A stretch of 64,000 nucleotides of DNA, taken from an uncultured bacterium (GTDB taxonomy: Bacteria; Acidobacteriota; Thermoanaerobaculia; Multivoradales; JAHZIX01). Below the pieces are notes generated by a model. It was not told the origin of the DNA. It saw only the letters and a list, made by a program, of their open reading frames with translations, and searched no databases. A program made the position numbers and the translations under genes. Below are positions 1 to 9,487 of this stretch, in pieces; the stretch's first letter is position 1; each line of letters opens with the position of its first letter. The stretch lies in the NCBI GenBank assembly GCA_965368975.1, contig CBDUPA010000004.1, positions 96,001-160,000 on the forward strand. Direction: 5' to 3'.

Positions 1-624
1 GAAGCACAGCTCGAATTCATCGAAGCCCTGTTTGCCCACCCTGCCTTCCGCGCCCCGGACCTCAGCCGCGACTCGGTTTCCGACGGTCAGATTCGCTTCG
101 ACATGACCACAGTTTACCTGCCGGATGGTCCTGCGCTGGCCGAGGAGTCCACCGAAGTAGCAGAGGCTGAAGCAGCAGAGGCTGAGGTAGCGGCAGAGGA
201 CGAGTCGACCGAAGAGGCCCAGCCAGTCGAGTCAGCCCATCGAGTCGAGTCATCAAGCGGACCATCGACCGAACGGGCCTCGACGGACGCGACACCAGCG
301 CAGAACCGTGCCGCGAGCCCTGCCGCTCCTGCCGCGACGCAGCCGCCGGGAGGTGCCGGTGCGACTTCTGCGACGCTGAGGTCCACGAGCCAGCCTTCTG
401 CGAGCCAGCCTTCTACGAGCCAGCCCTCGACGAGCCGGGCCAGTGTCGATGCACCGAGTCTCACGGCTCCCGCGGCGCCTCGGCGTCCCGTTGGACCGGT
501 TCTCCAGCCACGCGCACCGTCCGCCGGCACCAGCCGTGCCAGTGCGCTGGCATCCTCTGCCAACCCTGCGAATCGTCCGCTGCCGCGGCAGCCGAACGCT
601 TCCTCCAGCCCGGGTATCCGCTGA
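1..624 (+). CDS. pilN: PilN-like assembly protein, 5'-truncated by the window, with long low-complexity C-terminal tail
   Basis: Frame 1 is open from base 1 (EAQLEFIEALFAHPAFRAPDLSRDSVSDGQIRFDMTTVY), resembling a PilN C-terminal fold. It is followed by an E/A/S/P-rich tail and lies directly upstream of pilO. Confidence 0.7.
   Translation, partial: EAQLEFIEALFAHPAFRAPDLSRDSVSDGQIRFDMTTVYLPDGPALAEESTEVAEAEAAEAEVAAEDESTEEAQPVESAHRVESSSGPSTERASTDATPAQNRAASPAAPAATQPPGGAGATSATLRSTSQPSASQPSTSQPSTSRASVDAPSLTAPAAPRRPVGPVLQPRAPSAGTSRASALASSANPANRPLPRQPNASSSPGIR
386..436 (+). repeat. 15-bp coding tandem repeat (about 3.4 copies)
   Basis: cgagccagccttctg / cgagccagccttcta / cgagccagccctcga / cgagcc, encoding SQPSA-SQPST-SQPST. 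Confidence 0.9.
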
Positions 625-632
625 CGCACGCC

Positions 633-1238
633 ATGAGTAGAACTTCCAGCACCCCGTGGAGAGAGCGCCTGTGGCTGTGGCTGCCGCCGCTGATCTTTTT
701 CGCCGTCAACCTGGTGGCGATCGTGATCTACCAGTTCAGCGGCCTGGCCGCCAGTGTCGACCTGATGGCCGCTCGCATTACCGCCGCCCAGTCGTCCGAA
801 GCGACGCTGGCTGCAGACCGCGACCTGTTGACCGAGAAGGTCGAGCGTGCCGAGGCGACAAGGGATGCGGTTCGCACCCTCTACGAAGAACGCCTGTCGT
901 CGCAGCGCATTCGATTGACCCGTATGATCACCGAACTGCGGCAGCTGGCGGCACAGACCGGGTTGACGCCGGACAACGTGTCCTACCCGGAAGAGGACAT
1001 CGAAGAGTACGGTCTGGTCAAGAAGAGCTTCGTCTTCACTGTCAGTGGCTCGTACCAGAATCTGCGTAGCTTCCTCAATGCCCTGGAGCTGAGCGAGTCC
1101 TTCATCACCTTGGAGCGCATCAGCCTCAGTGACGTCGCTGGCTCCGCCCGCGGCTCGCTGCAGATCAGCCTCAGCCTGTCGACCCTCTTCGAGGCAGAAG
1201 CGGAAGCGGCCGATGCCCGTGCGGAGGGTGCATCGTGA
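633..1238 (+). CDS. pilO: PilO/GspM-like inner membrane assembly protein
   Basis: N-terminal TM helix, coiled coil, then the PilO-type signature VSGSYQNLRSFLNALELSESFITLERISL. Confidence 0.8.
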   Translation: MSRTSSTPWRERLWLWLPPLIFFAVNLVAIVIYQFSGLAASVDLMAARITAAQSSEATLAADRDLLTEKVERAEATRDAVRTLYEERLSSQRIRLTRMITELRQLAAQTGLTPDNVSYPEEDIEEYGLVKKSFVFTVSGSYQNLRSFLNALELSESFITLERISLSDVAGSARGSLQISLSLSTLFEAEAEAADARAEGAS

Positions 1239-1819
1239 GCGAGCAAGAGCGTCAACGCCTGCTGCTCGTGCTGCTGGGCATCCTGGTGGTCGTGGCGGCG
1301 ATCCGCCTGTGGCCGAGTTCGGATGCACCGGAGCCGATATCCCCTTGGGATGCCGTGCTCGACGAGTCCAGCGATGGTGAGACGACGCGCCGGGGCCGGG
1401 AAGCTACCAGCAGCGACCCACGCGACATGCCGGTGGAAGTCCTGAACCTGGCCGCGCTGGAGCCCGAGGCCGGCAGCCACACCATCGGACGCAATCCCTG
1501 GGACTACTACGCGCCACCGCCACCGCCGCGGCCGCAGCCGGTACAAACCCACACGCGCAGCACGACGCCACCCCCACCGTCTCCGCCGCCACCGCGTGGC
1601 CCCAACCTACCGCGGGTCAACGTGCGCTTCCTCGGCTTCTTCGGACCGGAAGGCAACCCGGTGGCCGTGTTCACCGACGGTCAAGAGATCATCAATGCTC
1701 GCCGCGGTGACACGGTGGGTACAGAGTTCCGCGTGGACACCATCGGGCTGGAGTCCGTAACCTTGAAGTACGTTCGTTTCCCCGACCAGCCCCCGCAGCG
1801 CCTGCCCATCGGCGGGTAA
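1235..1819 (+). CDS. PilP/GspC-like periplasmic assembly protein
   Basis: TM anchor, GRNPW motif, Pro-rich linker and beta domain (FLGFFG...AVF...GDTVG...FRVDTI). Lies between pilO and the secretin, with a GTGA overlap. Confidence 0.6.
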   Translation: MSEQERQRLLLVLLGILVVVAAIRLWPSSDAPEPISPWDAVLDESSDGETTRRGREATSSDPRDMPVEVLNLAALEPEAGSHTIGRNPWDYYAPPPPPRPQPVQTHTRSTTPPPPSPPPPRGPNLPRVNVRFLGFFGPEGNPVAVFTDGQEIINARRGDTVGTEFRVDTIGLESVTLKYVRFPDQPPQRLPIGG

Positions 1820-1824
1820 GGGCG

Positions 1825-4488
1825 ATGGAGCAAGACATGAGATCGAGAGAATCGCTAGAGGTCGCAATGCATCAGAGTTCCACCTCACGAACCGGTCTGT
1901 GGGTGGTTGCCGTGGTAGGCCTGGCCCTCAACCTGCTGGTCATCGGCTGCTCGAGCCACACCTCCTACCGCAAGGCAGAGATCGCGGCGGCCGCGGGAGA
2001 TTGGGATCAGGCGGTCCTCTTCTACATGGAGGCCGTGGAGCAGGAACCCGAGAACCTGCCGTACCGCTCGGCGTTGCTGCGCGCCAAGATCAGTGCCTCG
2101 CAGATGCACTTCGACAAGGGCAAGCGCTACCGTGAGGCCAGTGTTCTCGGCCGCGCTCTGGTCGAGTTCCAGCAGGCGGTACAGCTGGATCCGACCAACC
2201 AGTACGCGCAGGCCGAACTGCTGGCGCTGCAGGAGGAGATCCGCGCCCAGGACGACGAGCAAGATCTGGAAACGATCGAGGATCTCAAGCGGCGCACCTC
2301 AGGCCAGCGCGCACAGCCGCCGGAGTTCGACCCACGGTCGAAGGAGCCCATCGACTTCAACTTCCCCCGTCCCACCAAGGTGCGGGACATCTACACCGCC
2401 CTGGCCGACGCCTACGGCTTCAACGTCCTCTTCGATCCCACCCTCAAGGACACCAACATGACGCTGGTGCTCGAAGACGTGGTGGCCCAGGACGCGCTCG
2501 AAGTGGTGATGCGCACGGCGGGTCATTTCTACAAGGTGCAGGACGAGCACACCATCATCGTGGTCCAGGACACGCCGCAGAACCGGCGCAAGTACGAGGA
2601 TCTGATGGTGCAGACCTTCTTCCTCTCCAACGCCGACATCAAGACCGTGATGACCATGCTGCGCAGCCTGGTCGACGCCAAGAAGATCGCCATCAACGAG
2701 CAGCTCAACGCCATCGTGCTGCGCGACACCGCGGACAAGGTCAAGGTCGCAGAGCGCATTATCCAGGCCAACGACAAAGCCAAGGCCGAAGTGGTGGTCG
2801 ACGTCGAGTTGCTACAGGTCAACTCCAACAAGCTGCGCAACCTGGGCATGCAGCTGGATTCCTACAGCGTTACCCAGAGCCTCGACCTGGGCGGCGACGA
2901 TGTGCCGCTGCGGTTGTCGGACATCGACGATCTGACGACCAACAACTGGGTCCTGTCGCTGCCCAACTTCATCTACAGCTTCGTCAAGACCAACACCGAC
3001 GCCCAATTGCTGGCACGGCCGCAGCTGCGCATCACCGAGGGTGAAAAGGCGCGACTGCTGATCGGTGAGCGCGTGCCGATTCCCACGACCACCTTCAACA
3101 CCTCGAACACCGTTGGCGGCAACATCGTGCCACTGACCACCTTCCAGTACACCGACGTCGGCATCCAGATCCAGATCGAGCCGCGCGTGCACCACAACAA
3201 AGAGATCACCCTCAAGGTGACCATCGAGGTGAGCAACATCTCCGGCTTTGTCGAAGGTGGCAATGGCCAGCGTCAGCCGCTGATTGGCACCCGCACCATC
3301 GAGTCGACGATCCGCCTGCGCGACGGTGAGACCAACTTCCTCGCCGGCTTGATCCGTACCGAGGAACTAGAGACGGAAAGCGGCATCCCGGGGCTGTCCG
3401 ACATCCCGGTCCTCGGCCGCCTGTTCTCCAACAACAACCGTGACGACACGCGCACCGACGTCATCCTGACCATGACGCCGCACATCATCCGCACGCCGAG
3501 CATCACCGAGGAAGACCTGCTGCCGATCTGGGTCGGTACCGAGCAGCAGATCACCTTCCGCGGCGGCAGCCCGCGTGTCGAGTCGGATGTCGACGGTCCG
3601 TTCGATGCCGACGCCAACAACGAACGCGTCCAGCAACTGCTGCGCGAGCGCGCCCAGCGCCTGCCACAGGGCCTGCGTACCTCCGGCGAAGCTCCCGAGG
3701 CTGAAGAGCCGCAGGGCATCGACTTGGCGCCCTCCGGCGGCCCGAGCAGTCTGTTCGAGCCCGACGAGCCCGAACCACCGGGCGACTCGGCCGCTCTGGG
3801 CTCGCCTGCTTTCCCCGAGGATGTCTATGCCGACGCCCCTGCCGAGACCTTCGTGCTGGCGCCCCTCGGGGCGGGAATCCCCGCCGCGGCCGCACATGAT
3901 CTGCAGCCGACCAGCGCTGCCCTGGCAGCCAGCCAGACCCATGCGCTGGCCGCCAGTGGTGCCGGTGTCTTCCCCGGGGACGGTCCAGCCGTCCGCCTGC
4001 GCTTGACCCCTGGCCGTCTGCAAGTTGCACCGGGGGACCTGTTCGAGGTCACGCTCGTGGCCGAGGCACGCGAGCCCATCTCCCACCTGCCGCTGGAGTT
4101 GACCTTCGATCCTCGGCTGTTGGCCTTCGAAGGTGCCGAACGCGGCGAGTTCCTGGGGCCTGAGGGCGAAGCCGTCGTCATGGCCAACGAGACCCAGCCG
4201 GGTCGCCTGGTCCTGGGTGCCAGCCGGCTGGGCCAGAATGCTCCGGTCGCCGGCAACGGCGTCGTCGCCCGCGTTCGCTTCCGTGCCCTCGCCGCGGGCA
4301 TCAGCGACATCGGCTTTCATGACGCCGGAGCTCTTGGCGCCGAGCTGGTACCGCTGACGTCTGTGCGCCTCTTCCCGGCGCGTGTGCTGGTCGACCCCGC
4401 GACACCGAGAGCTCCCGAAGGTGAAGAACGTCCGAACGCGCCACGTCCCCAGGAGCCGCGTCCGCAGGGCACTGTCTCCGAGACCTGA
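1825..4488 (+). CDS. gspD: Secretin (GspD-like) with lipoprotein signal, N-terminal TPRs and C-terminal cohesin-like domain
   Basis: Lipobox-like VIGC; TPR helices; secretin core (LLARPQLR, VGIQIQIEP, IPGLSDIPVLGRLF, ILTMTPHII); C-terminal cohesin-like beta sandwich (LTFDPRLL...GVVARVRFRA). True start may be 1837 or 1867. Confidence 0.9.
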   Translation: MEQDMRSRESLEVAMHQSSTSRTGLWVVAVVGLALNLLVIGCSSHTSYRKAEIAAAAGDWDQAVLFYMEAVEQEPENLPYRSALLRAKISASQMHFDKGKRYREASVLGRALVEFQQAVQLDPTNQYAQAELLALQEEIRAQDDEQDLETIEDLKRRTSGQRAQPPEFDPRSKEPIDFNFPRPTKVRDIYTALADAYGFNVLFDPTLKDTNMTLVLEDVVAQDALEVVMRTAGHFYKVQDEHTIIVVQDTPQNRRKYEDLMVQTFFLSNADIKTVMTMLRSLVDAKKIAINEQLNAIVLRDTADKVKVAERIIQANDKAKAEVVVDVELLQVNSNKLRNLGMQLDSYSVTQSLDLGGDDVPLRLSDIDDLTTNNWVLSLPNFIYSFVKTNTDAQLLARPQLRITEGEKARLLIGERVPIPTTTFNTSNTVGGNIVPLTTFQYTDVGIQIQIEPRVHHNKEITLKVTIEVSNISGFVEGGNGQRQPLIGTRTIESTIRLRDGETNFLAGLIRTEELETESGIPGLSDIPVLGRLFSNNNRDDTRTDVILTMTPHIIRTPSITEEDLLPIWVGTEQQITFRGGSPRVESDVDGPFDADANNERVQQLLRERAQRLPQGLRTSGEAPEAEEPQGIDLAPSGGPSSLFEPDEPEPPGDSAALGSPAFPEDVYADAPAETFVLAPLGAGIPAAAAHDLQPTSAALAASQTHALAASGAGVFPGDGPAVRLRLTPGRLQVAPGDLFEVTLVAEAREPISHLPLELTFDPRLLAFEGAERGEFLGPEGEAVVMANETQPGRLVLGASRLGQNAPVAGNGVVARVRFRALAAGISDIGFHDAGALGAELVPLTSVRLFPARVLVDPATPRAPEGEERPNAPRPQEPRPQGTVSET

Positions 4489-4579
4489 CGCGCTCGGTCG
4501 CACGCAGCAGGAGGTGCAAGCCTGTGACGTGGTCGGGGCTGGTACGTACTAGTCATAGAACCGCAGAGACCCACCAACC

Positions 4580-5071
4580 ATGATCCGCCGCCGACATCCC
4601 AAGCAAGCCCCTCGCCACCGCATGCAGGGCATGAGCATGATCGAGATGGTCGTCGTCGCGACCGTGCTACTGATCCTCGCTGGTGTCACTCTGCCGGTAG
4701 CCAAATATTCGATCAAGCGCGGCAAGGAGATGGAGCTACGGCTCGCGCTGCGCACCATGCGCAACGCCATCGACGAGCACAAGCGCTACGTCGATGCGGG
4801 CTTGTTGCCGACCGACCTCGGTACCGACGGCTACCCCTCCGAACTCGAGGCCCTGCTCGATCCGGTCGACCTGGTAGGCCAGATCGACCGGCAGATCCGC
4901 TTTCTGCGCCGCATCCCCATCGACCCGATGACCGGCTCCAACGAGACCTGGATCCTGCTCAGCACCCAGGATGATTCCGAGTCTCAGTTCTGGGGTGGTG
5001 AGAACGTCTACGACGTCCGCTCCGGCAGTCGAGGTACCGGCCTGAACGGCATCCCTTACCGAGAATGGTGA
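4580..5071 (+). CDS. GspG-like pseudopilin
   Basis: Class III signal QG|MSMIEM; RFLRRIPIDPMTG motif; C-terminal Y-x-x-W. Confidence 0.85.
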   Translation: MIRRRHPKQAPRHRMQGMSMIEMVVVATVLLILAGVTLPVAKYSIKRGKEMELRLALRTMRNAIDEHKRYVDAGLLPTDLGTDGYPSELEALLDPVDLVGQIDRQIRFLRRIPIDPMTGSNETWILLSTQDDSESQFWGGENVYDVRSGSRGTGLNGIPYREW

Positions 5072-5078
5072 TTCCCTC

Positions 5079-5543
5079 ATGACCCACGCCACCTGCCAGT
5101 CCTCCACCCTCCGCAAGCGCCGCAGTCTCGGCATCGGTGAACGCGGCTTCACCCTGCTCGAACTGATCATCGTCGTCGCCATGATCGGTATCCTGGCGAC
5201 CATCGCCATCCCGGCCCTGCGGCAGAGCCCGCGGCGTGCCCAGGAAGCCGTCCTGCGCACCAACCTGCATACCCTGCGTGACGTGATCAACCAGCACTTT
5301 GCCGACAAGGGCCACTATCCGTCGAGCCTCGAAGCCCTGGTCGACGAGGGGTACGTACGCGATGTTCCGACCGACCCGATGACCAAGAGCAACGAAACCT
5401 GGGAAGTCGTCTATGAGACCTTTGACGACGACGAAGAACCGGCCGAGACCGATCTACCCGAGGATGAACAGCCTGGCATCATGGACGTCTATTCCGGCTC
5501 CACCAGCACCGCGCTCGACGGGAGTTCCTACAGCGAATGGTGA
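5079..5543 (+). CDS. GspG-like pseudopilin
   Basis: RG|FTLLEL N-methylation motif; GHYPSSLEALV and VPTDPMT motifs. Confidence 0.9.
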   Translation: MTHATCQSSTLRKRRSLGIGERGFTLLELIIVVAMIGILATIAIPALRQSPRRAQEAVLRTNLHTLRDVINQHFADKGHYPSSLEALVDEGYVRDVPTDPMTKSNETWEVVYETFDDDEEPAETDLPEDEQPGIMDVYSGSTSTALDGSSYSEW

Positions 5544-6568
5544 GACGTGCGTCTTCGCCGCGAGCGGGTTCCAGTTTGCCACGATGGCCGAGGCAGGATG
5601 GCTACAACATGGTCATCCTGGTCATCGCCGTCACCCTGCTCACCGTTGCAACCGCCGCCGTCCTGCCCTTGTGGAGCACGGCCATGCAACGCGACAAGGA
5701 AGACGAACTGATCTTCCGCGGTCTCCAGTACGCCGAGGCCGTGCGCCTGTTCCAGGCGCGCAACGGCCGCTACCCAGTGCGTCTCGAAGAGCTGATCGAA
5801 GTCAAGCCACGCTGTATCCGCCAGCTCTATCCCAACCCCATGTCCGAAGATGGCGAATGGGAACTCGTCTTCGCCAACACTGGTCAGCCGTCCCGGAATC
5901 CCCAGTTGACCGTCGGCGGCGATCCCTCCCGCAACCCGCGACCTGACGGCCCGCAACTCGATGCCACTGGCGATGGTCAAGGTCGTCCGACTTCCGCCGA
6001 GCAAGACGCTGCAAGCCGTGGCAGCGACCGCGGTGTTGGTGGTCTGAGCGGCACGGGAGGCTCTGGCTCCGGCTTGGGTTCAAACCTGGAGGAGAGTGAC
6101 CTGCGCGAAAGCCAGAGCGCCTTTGGTGGTGCCGCCGTTGGGGGTAAACGTCAGCGCACTGGCCCGATCATTGGTGTTTTCGCCAAGTCAGACGAGACGT
6201 CGATCAAGACCTTCATGGGGCAGCAAACCTACGAGCAGTGGATCTTCACGGTCGAGATGGTCGCCGGTCACTTGGCCCTGCCCGATCGTGCACCCCTGGT
6301 GCCGTCTGCCGCGACGCTCGGCCGTCCGTATCTGGACGGCATCGAGCCGTTGATCAAGATTCCGACGCGTCAGGAGGGGCAGGGTGGTGGCGGTCAGGGT
6401 GGAGTGCCTGGGCAACCAGGCCCGCCTGGAGCGGGGCAGCCGCTTCAGCCAGGCCAGCCCGGAGCCGCGCCGGGGGGTGGCCGTCCGGCGAATCCCTTTG
6501 GTGTGCCCGGTGGACTCCCTGGCCAGCAGCGCCCGGGTCGAGGGTCGTCGGGCCGCGGGGATAGCTGA
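5537..6568 (+). CDS. GspK/PilX-like minor pseudopilin with G/P/Q-rich tail
   Basis: DG|YNMVIL signal lacking Glu5; EDELIFRGLQY; YPVRLEEL; overlaps the previous pseudopilin. Confidence 0.7.
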   Translation: MVRRASSPRAGSSLPRWPRQDGYNMVILVIAVTLLTVATAAVLPLWSTAMQRDKEDELIFRGLQYAEAVRLFQARNGRYPVRLEELIEVKPRCIRQLYPNPMSEDGEWELVFANTGQPSRNPQLTVGGDPSRNPRPDGPQLDATGDGQGRPTSAEQDAASRGSDRGVGGLSGTGGSGSGLGSNLEESDLRESQSAFGGAAVGGKRQRTGPIIGVFAKSDETSIKTFMGQQTYEQWIFTVEMVAGHLALPDRAPLVPSAATLGRPYLDGIEPLIKIPTRQEGQGGGGQGGVPGQPGPPGAGQPLQPGQPGAAPGGGRPANPFGVPGGLPGQQRPGRGSSGRGDS

Positions 6569-6572
6569 TCCC

Positions 6573-7163
6573 CTACGGGGCGGCGCTGAACAGGCCGGCG
6601 AAGCCCATGAAGGCCATCGACAGGATGCCGGCCATGATCAAGCTCATGGCAGTGCCGCGCAGGATGGAAGGGATCGAGGAGAGTTCGGCTTCTTCGCGCA
6701 GGCCGGCCATCAAGACGAGCGCAAGTGTCAGGCCGCCGCCGGCGCCTAGGGCGAAGACGATGCCCTCGAGCACGCCGTACTCGCGGCTGGTCTGGAACAG
6801 CGCCAGGGCGAGAATCGCGCAATTGGTGGTGATCAGCGGCAGGAAGATGCCGAGGGCCTGGAACAGCACGGGACTGACCCGCCGGATCACCATCTCGACG
6901 AACTGCACGGTGCTGGCGATCACGACGATGAAGCTGATCAGGCGCAGGTAGGGCGCGTACGGCAGCACGAAAGCTTCCAGGAAGGACGCCGCCAGCGAGG
7001 TGATCACCATCACGAAGATGTTGGCCATTCCCAGACGCAGGGCGGTCGCCAGGCGTCCCGAGACGCCGAAGAAGGGACACAAGCCGAGGAAGTACGACAA
7101 CGTAAAGTTGTTCACCAGCAGGGCGCTGACGAAGATCCACAGCAGCTGGCCGGAGTTGTTCAT
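6573..7163 (-). CDS. rnfA: Rnf electron transport complex subunit A
   Basis: VNNFTLSYFLGLCPFFGVS; LGIFLPLITTNCAIL; about 6 TM helices. Confidence 0.95.
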   Translation of the reverse strand: MNNSGQLLWIFVSALLVNNFTLSYFLGLCPFFGVSGRLATALRLGMANIFVMVITSLAASFLEAFVLPYAPYLRLISFIVVIASTVQFVEMVIRRVSPVLFQALGIFLPLITTNCAILALALFQTSREYGVLEGIVFALGAGGGLTLALVLMAGLREEAELSSIPSILRGTAMSLIMAGILSMAFMGFAGLFSAAP

Positions 7164-7876
7164 GCCGCCTCCTCCTGGCTCTTGCGCTTATCTTGGCTGG
7201 CCCGTTGCGCGTCGGCCGCCTGCTGCAGTCGCCGGGCCGCCTTGTCGCGGGCTTCGCGCAGGCTGGCGAAGAGCAGTAGCAAGAAGCCCAGCATCAGGAA
7301 GCCACCCGGCGGCAGGATCATGATCACCCAGGGTTCGAAGTTGGGTCCGAACAGGGATCTACCAAAGAGCGCACCGCTGCCCAGGACCTCGCGCGCACCG
7401 CCCAGCACCACCAGGGCGAGGGTGAAGCCGGCCCCCATGCCGGCGGCGTCCGCCAGCGCCGGGCCGATACGCTGCTTGGAGGCGAAGGCTTCCTGGCGAC
7501 CGAGGATCAGGCAGTTGACCACGATCAGGGAGATGAAGGCGCCGAGCTCGCGGTGGACGTTCGGCACCAGGGCCTGCAACAGCAGGTCGGCGACGGTGAC
7601 GAAGGTGGCGATGATCAGGATGTAGGTGGAGATGCGTACTGGTCGCGGAATCCAGTGCCGTAGCGCCGACACCAGGAAGCTGGAGCCGACCAGCACGAAG
7701 AAGGTGGCGCCGCCCATGGCCAGGCCGTTGACGCCGCTGTTGGTCACCGCCAGGGCTGGGCACATGCCGAGTACCTGGACGAAGACGGGGTTTTCGCGCC
7801 ACAGGCCCTTGACGAATTCCGAGGTCAGGTCGGGGCGCGGGTCTGGCGGCAGCACCGGCAGCAGGGGTTCACTCAT
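7160..7876 (-). CDS. rnfE: Rnf complex subunit E
   Basis: ENPVFVQVLGMCPALAVT; LIVVNCLILGRQEAFA; LPPGGF. ATG at 7876 overlaps the rnfG stop. Confidence 0.95.
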   Translation of the reverse strand: MSEPLLPVLPPDPRPDLTSEFVKGLWRENPVFVQVLGMCPALAVTNSGVNGLAMGGATFFVLVGSSFLVSALRHWIPRPVRISTYILIIATFVTVADLLLQALVPNVHRELGAFISLIVVNCLILGRQEAFASKQRIGPALADAAGMGAGFTLALVVLGGAREVLGSGALFGRSLFGPNFEPWVIMILPPGGFLMLGFLLLLFASLREARDKAARRLQQAADAQRASQDKRKSQEEAA

Positions 7877-8486
7877 GGTGAACCTCGGGCAGGCGCTCGA
7901 GCCATTGGGCGTTGGCACTGTTGATGATCTCGACCACGGCACGCGAGGAAATGGTGGCGCCGCTGATGGCGTCGACCTGGTGCGCGGCCTGGGCGTCGTC
8001 CTGCACCAGCTCGACCCGTGGGGACACGGCCAGGTCACGGAAGGCGGCCTGGAAGTCGGGGTCCTTGTAGATGCGGTCACCCAGGCCTGGCGTCTCGCGG
8101 CTCTCGAGGATCGCCAGGCCGACGATGCGCCCGCGCTGCGGGTCGTAGCCGTAGAGCAGGCGGATGGTGTCCTGGAAGCCGGCGCCTTCGCCACGAATGG
8201 CGTAGCCCACCAGGGTGTCGTCCGCGTAGCCTGCGTAGACCATGGCTGCCGCGGTTGCATCGTCCCCGGTTGGGGCGCCGGATGAGTACTCCAGAACCAA
8301 GCGTTCCATGCGCTGGGCGCCGGGCAGCACCTGGAAGACGGCGCGCTCCAGGGCGGCGGCCTGGTTGGCGCGGATGGTCGGCAAGGTGGCCTGGTGCACG
8401 GTGGCGATGGTGAGGCCGGAGAACAGGCCGGCGACGGTGAGTGTCGCCACCAGACGTAGAGTGCTCTCGCCCGCTGGGCGCTTCAT
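7869..8486 (-). CDS. rnfG: Rnf complex subunit G (FMN-binding)
   Basis: N-terminal TM helix; ETPGLG; covalent FMN motif DAISGATISS. Confidence 0.95.
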   Translation of the reverse strand: MKRPAGESTLRLVATLTVAGLFSGLTIATVHQATLPTIRANQAAALERAVFQVLPGAQRMERLVLEYSSGAPTGDDATAAAMVYAGYADDTLVGYAIRGEGAGFQDTIRLLYGYDPQRGRIVGLAILESRETPGLGDRIYKDPDFQAAFRDLAVSPRVELVQDDAQAAHQVDAISGATISSRAVVEIINSANAQWLERLPEVHHE

Positions 8487-9487
8487 GGCAGCCCCCGAGC
8501 GTGCCCGAAGGCGCGAGGTTGTGTGACCCGCTCGAGCAGCGGCGTGGCCGCGTTCATCAGCAGGATGGCGTACATCACGCCTTCCGGCAGGCCACCCCAG
8601 ATGCGGATCAGCACCACCAGCAGGCCGATGCCGAGGCCGAAGAACCAGGCACCGCGCGGGGCGAGCGGCGAGGTCACCGGGTCGGTGGCCATGAAGACGG
8701 CGCCGAACAGCAGGCCGCCGGAGGCGAGCATGAACCAGGGCGACGGGTAGCGCTCAGCGTCGAGGGCGAAGAACAGGCCGGAGAGGGCGGCGACGGCGAG
8801 CAGAATGGCGGTCGGAATGCGCCAGTCGAAGGCGCGCCGCAGCAGCAGCCAGAGGCCACCCAGCAGGATGGCGGCGGCGCTGGTCTCGCCCAGGCTGCCG
8901 GCGACGTGCCCCCAGACCAGGTCGGGCAGCGGCGTCGCTTCCTGCGTGAACTTCATCAGGTTCAGCGGCGTCGCGCCGCTCAGGCCGTCTGGCGGCGGTG
9001 GTGGGCTGAGGAAGGGCCAGGCGAAGGTGCTGGGCAGCAGGGTCGTGGGGCCGGAGGGTCGCACCCAGGTGGTCAGCGCGGTCGGGAAGGCGGCCTGCAA
9101 GAAGGCTCGGCCCACCAAGGCCGGGTTGAAGAGGTTCTGGCCCAGGCCGCCCCACATCAGCTTGCCCATGCCCATACCCACCGCGCCACCCAGGAAGGCC
9201 ATCCACAGCGGCAGCGAAGGGGGCAGGGTGAGGCCCAGGAGGGCTCCGGTCAGCAAGCCGCTGCCATCGGTGGTGGCACCCGACGTGCCCCACAGGCGTT
9301 CGCAACCGACGCTACCGGCGGTGGCCGCCAGCACGACCAGCAGGGCACTGAGACCGAAATTCCACACCGCCACTGCTAGTACTGGCAGCAGGGCCAGCTG
9401 CACGTCGGTCATCAGGGCGGGGGTGGTGACCCCTTGGCGCAGGAAGGGCGCCGCCTGGACGATGAGGTGAGGCTGGCGTCGACTCAT
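8483..9487 (-). CDS. rnfD: Rnf complex subunit D
   Basis: GGLGQNLFNPALVGRAFL; FMN site SGATPL; GSLGETS; FMATDPVTSP. Start MSRRQPHL at 9487 has an ATGA overlap with rnfC. Confidence 0.95.
   Translation of the reverse strand: MSRRQPHLIVQAAPFLRQGVTTPALMTDVQLALLPVLAVAVWNFGLSALLVVLAATAGSVGCERLWGTSGATTDGSGLLTGALLGLTLPPSLPLWMAFLGGAVGMGMGKLMWGGLGQNLFNPALVGRAFLQAAFPTALTTWVRPSGPTTLLPSTFAWPFLSPPPPPDGLSGATPLNLMKFTQEATPLPDLVWGHVAGSLGETSAAAILLGGLWLLLRRAFDWRIPTAILLAVAALSGLFFALDAERYPSPWFMLASGGLLFGAVFMATDPVTSPLAPRGAWFFGLGIGLLVVLIRIWGGLPEGVMYAILLMNAATPLLERVTQPRAFGHARGLP

Noticed and set aside
7160-8260. 366-aa ORF suggesting an extended RnfE
   Set aside because: It overlaps rnfG in another frame. RnfE homology starts at 7876.
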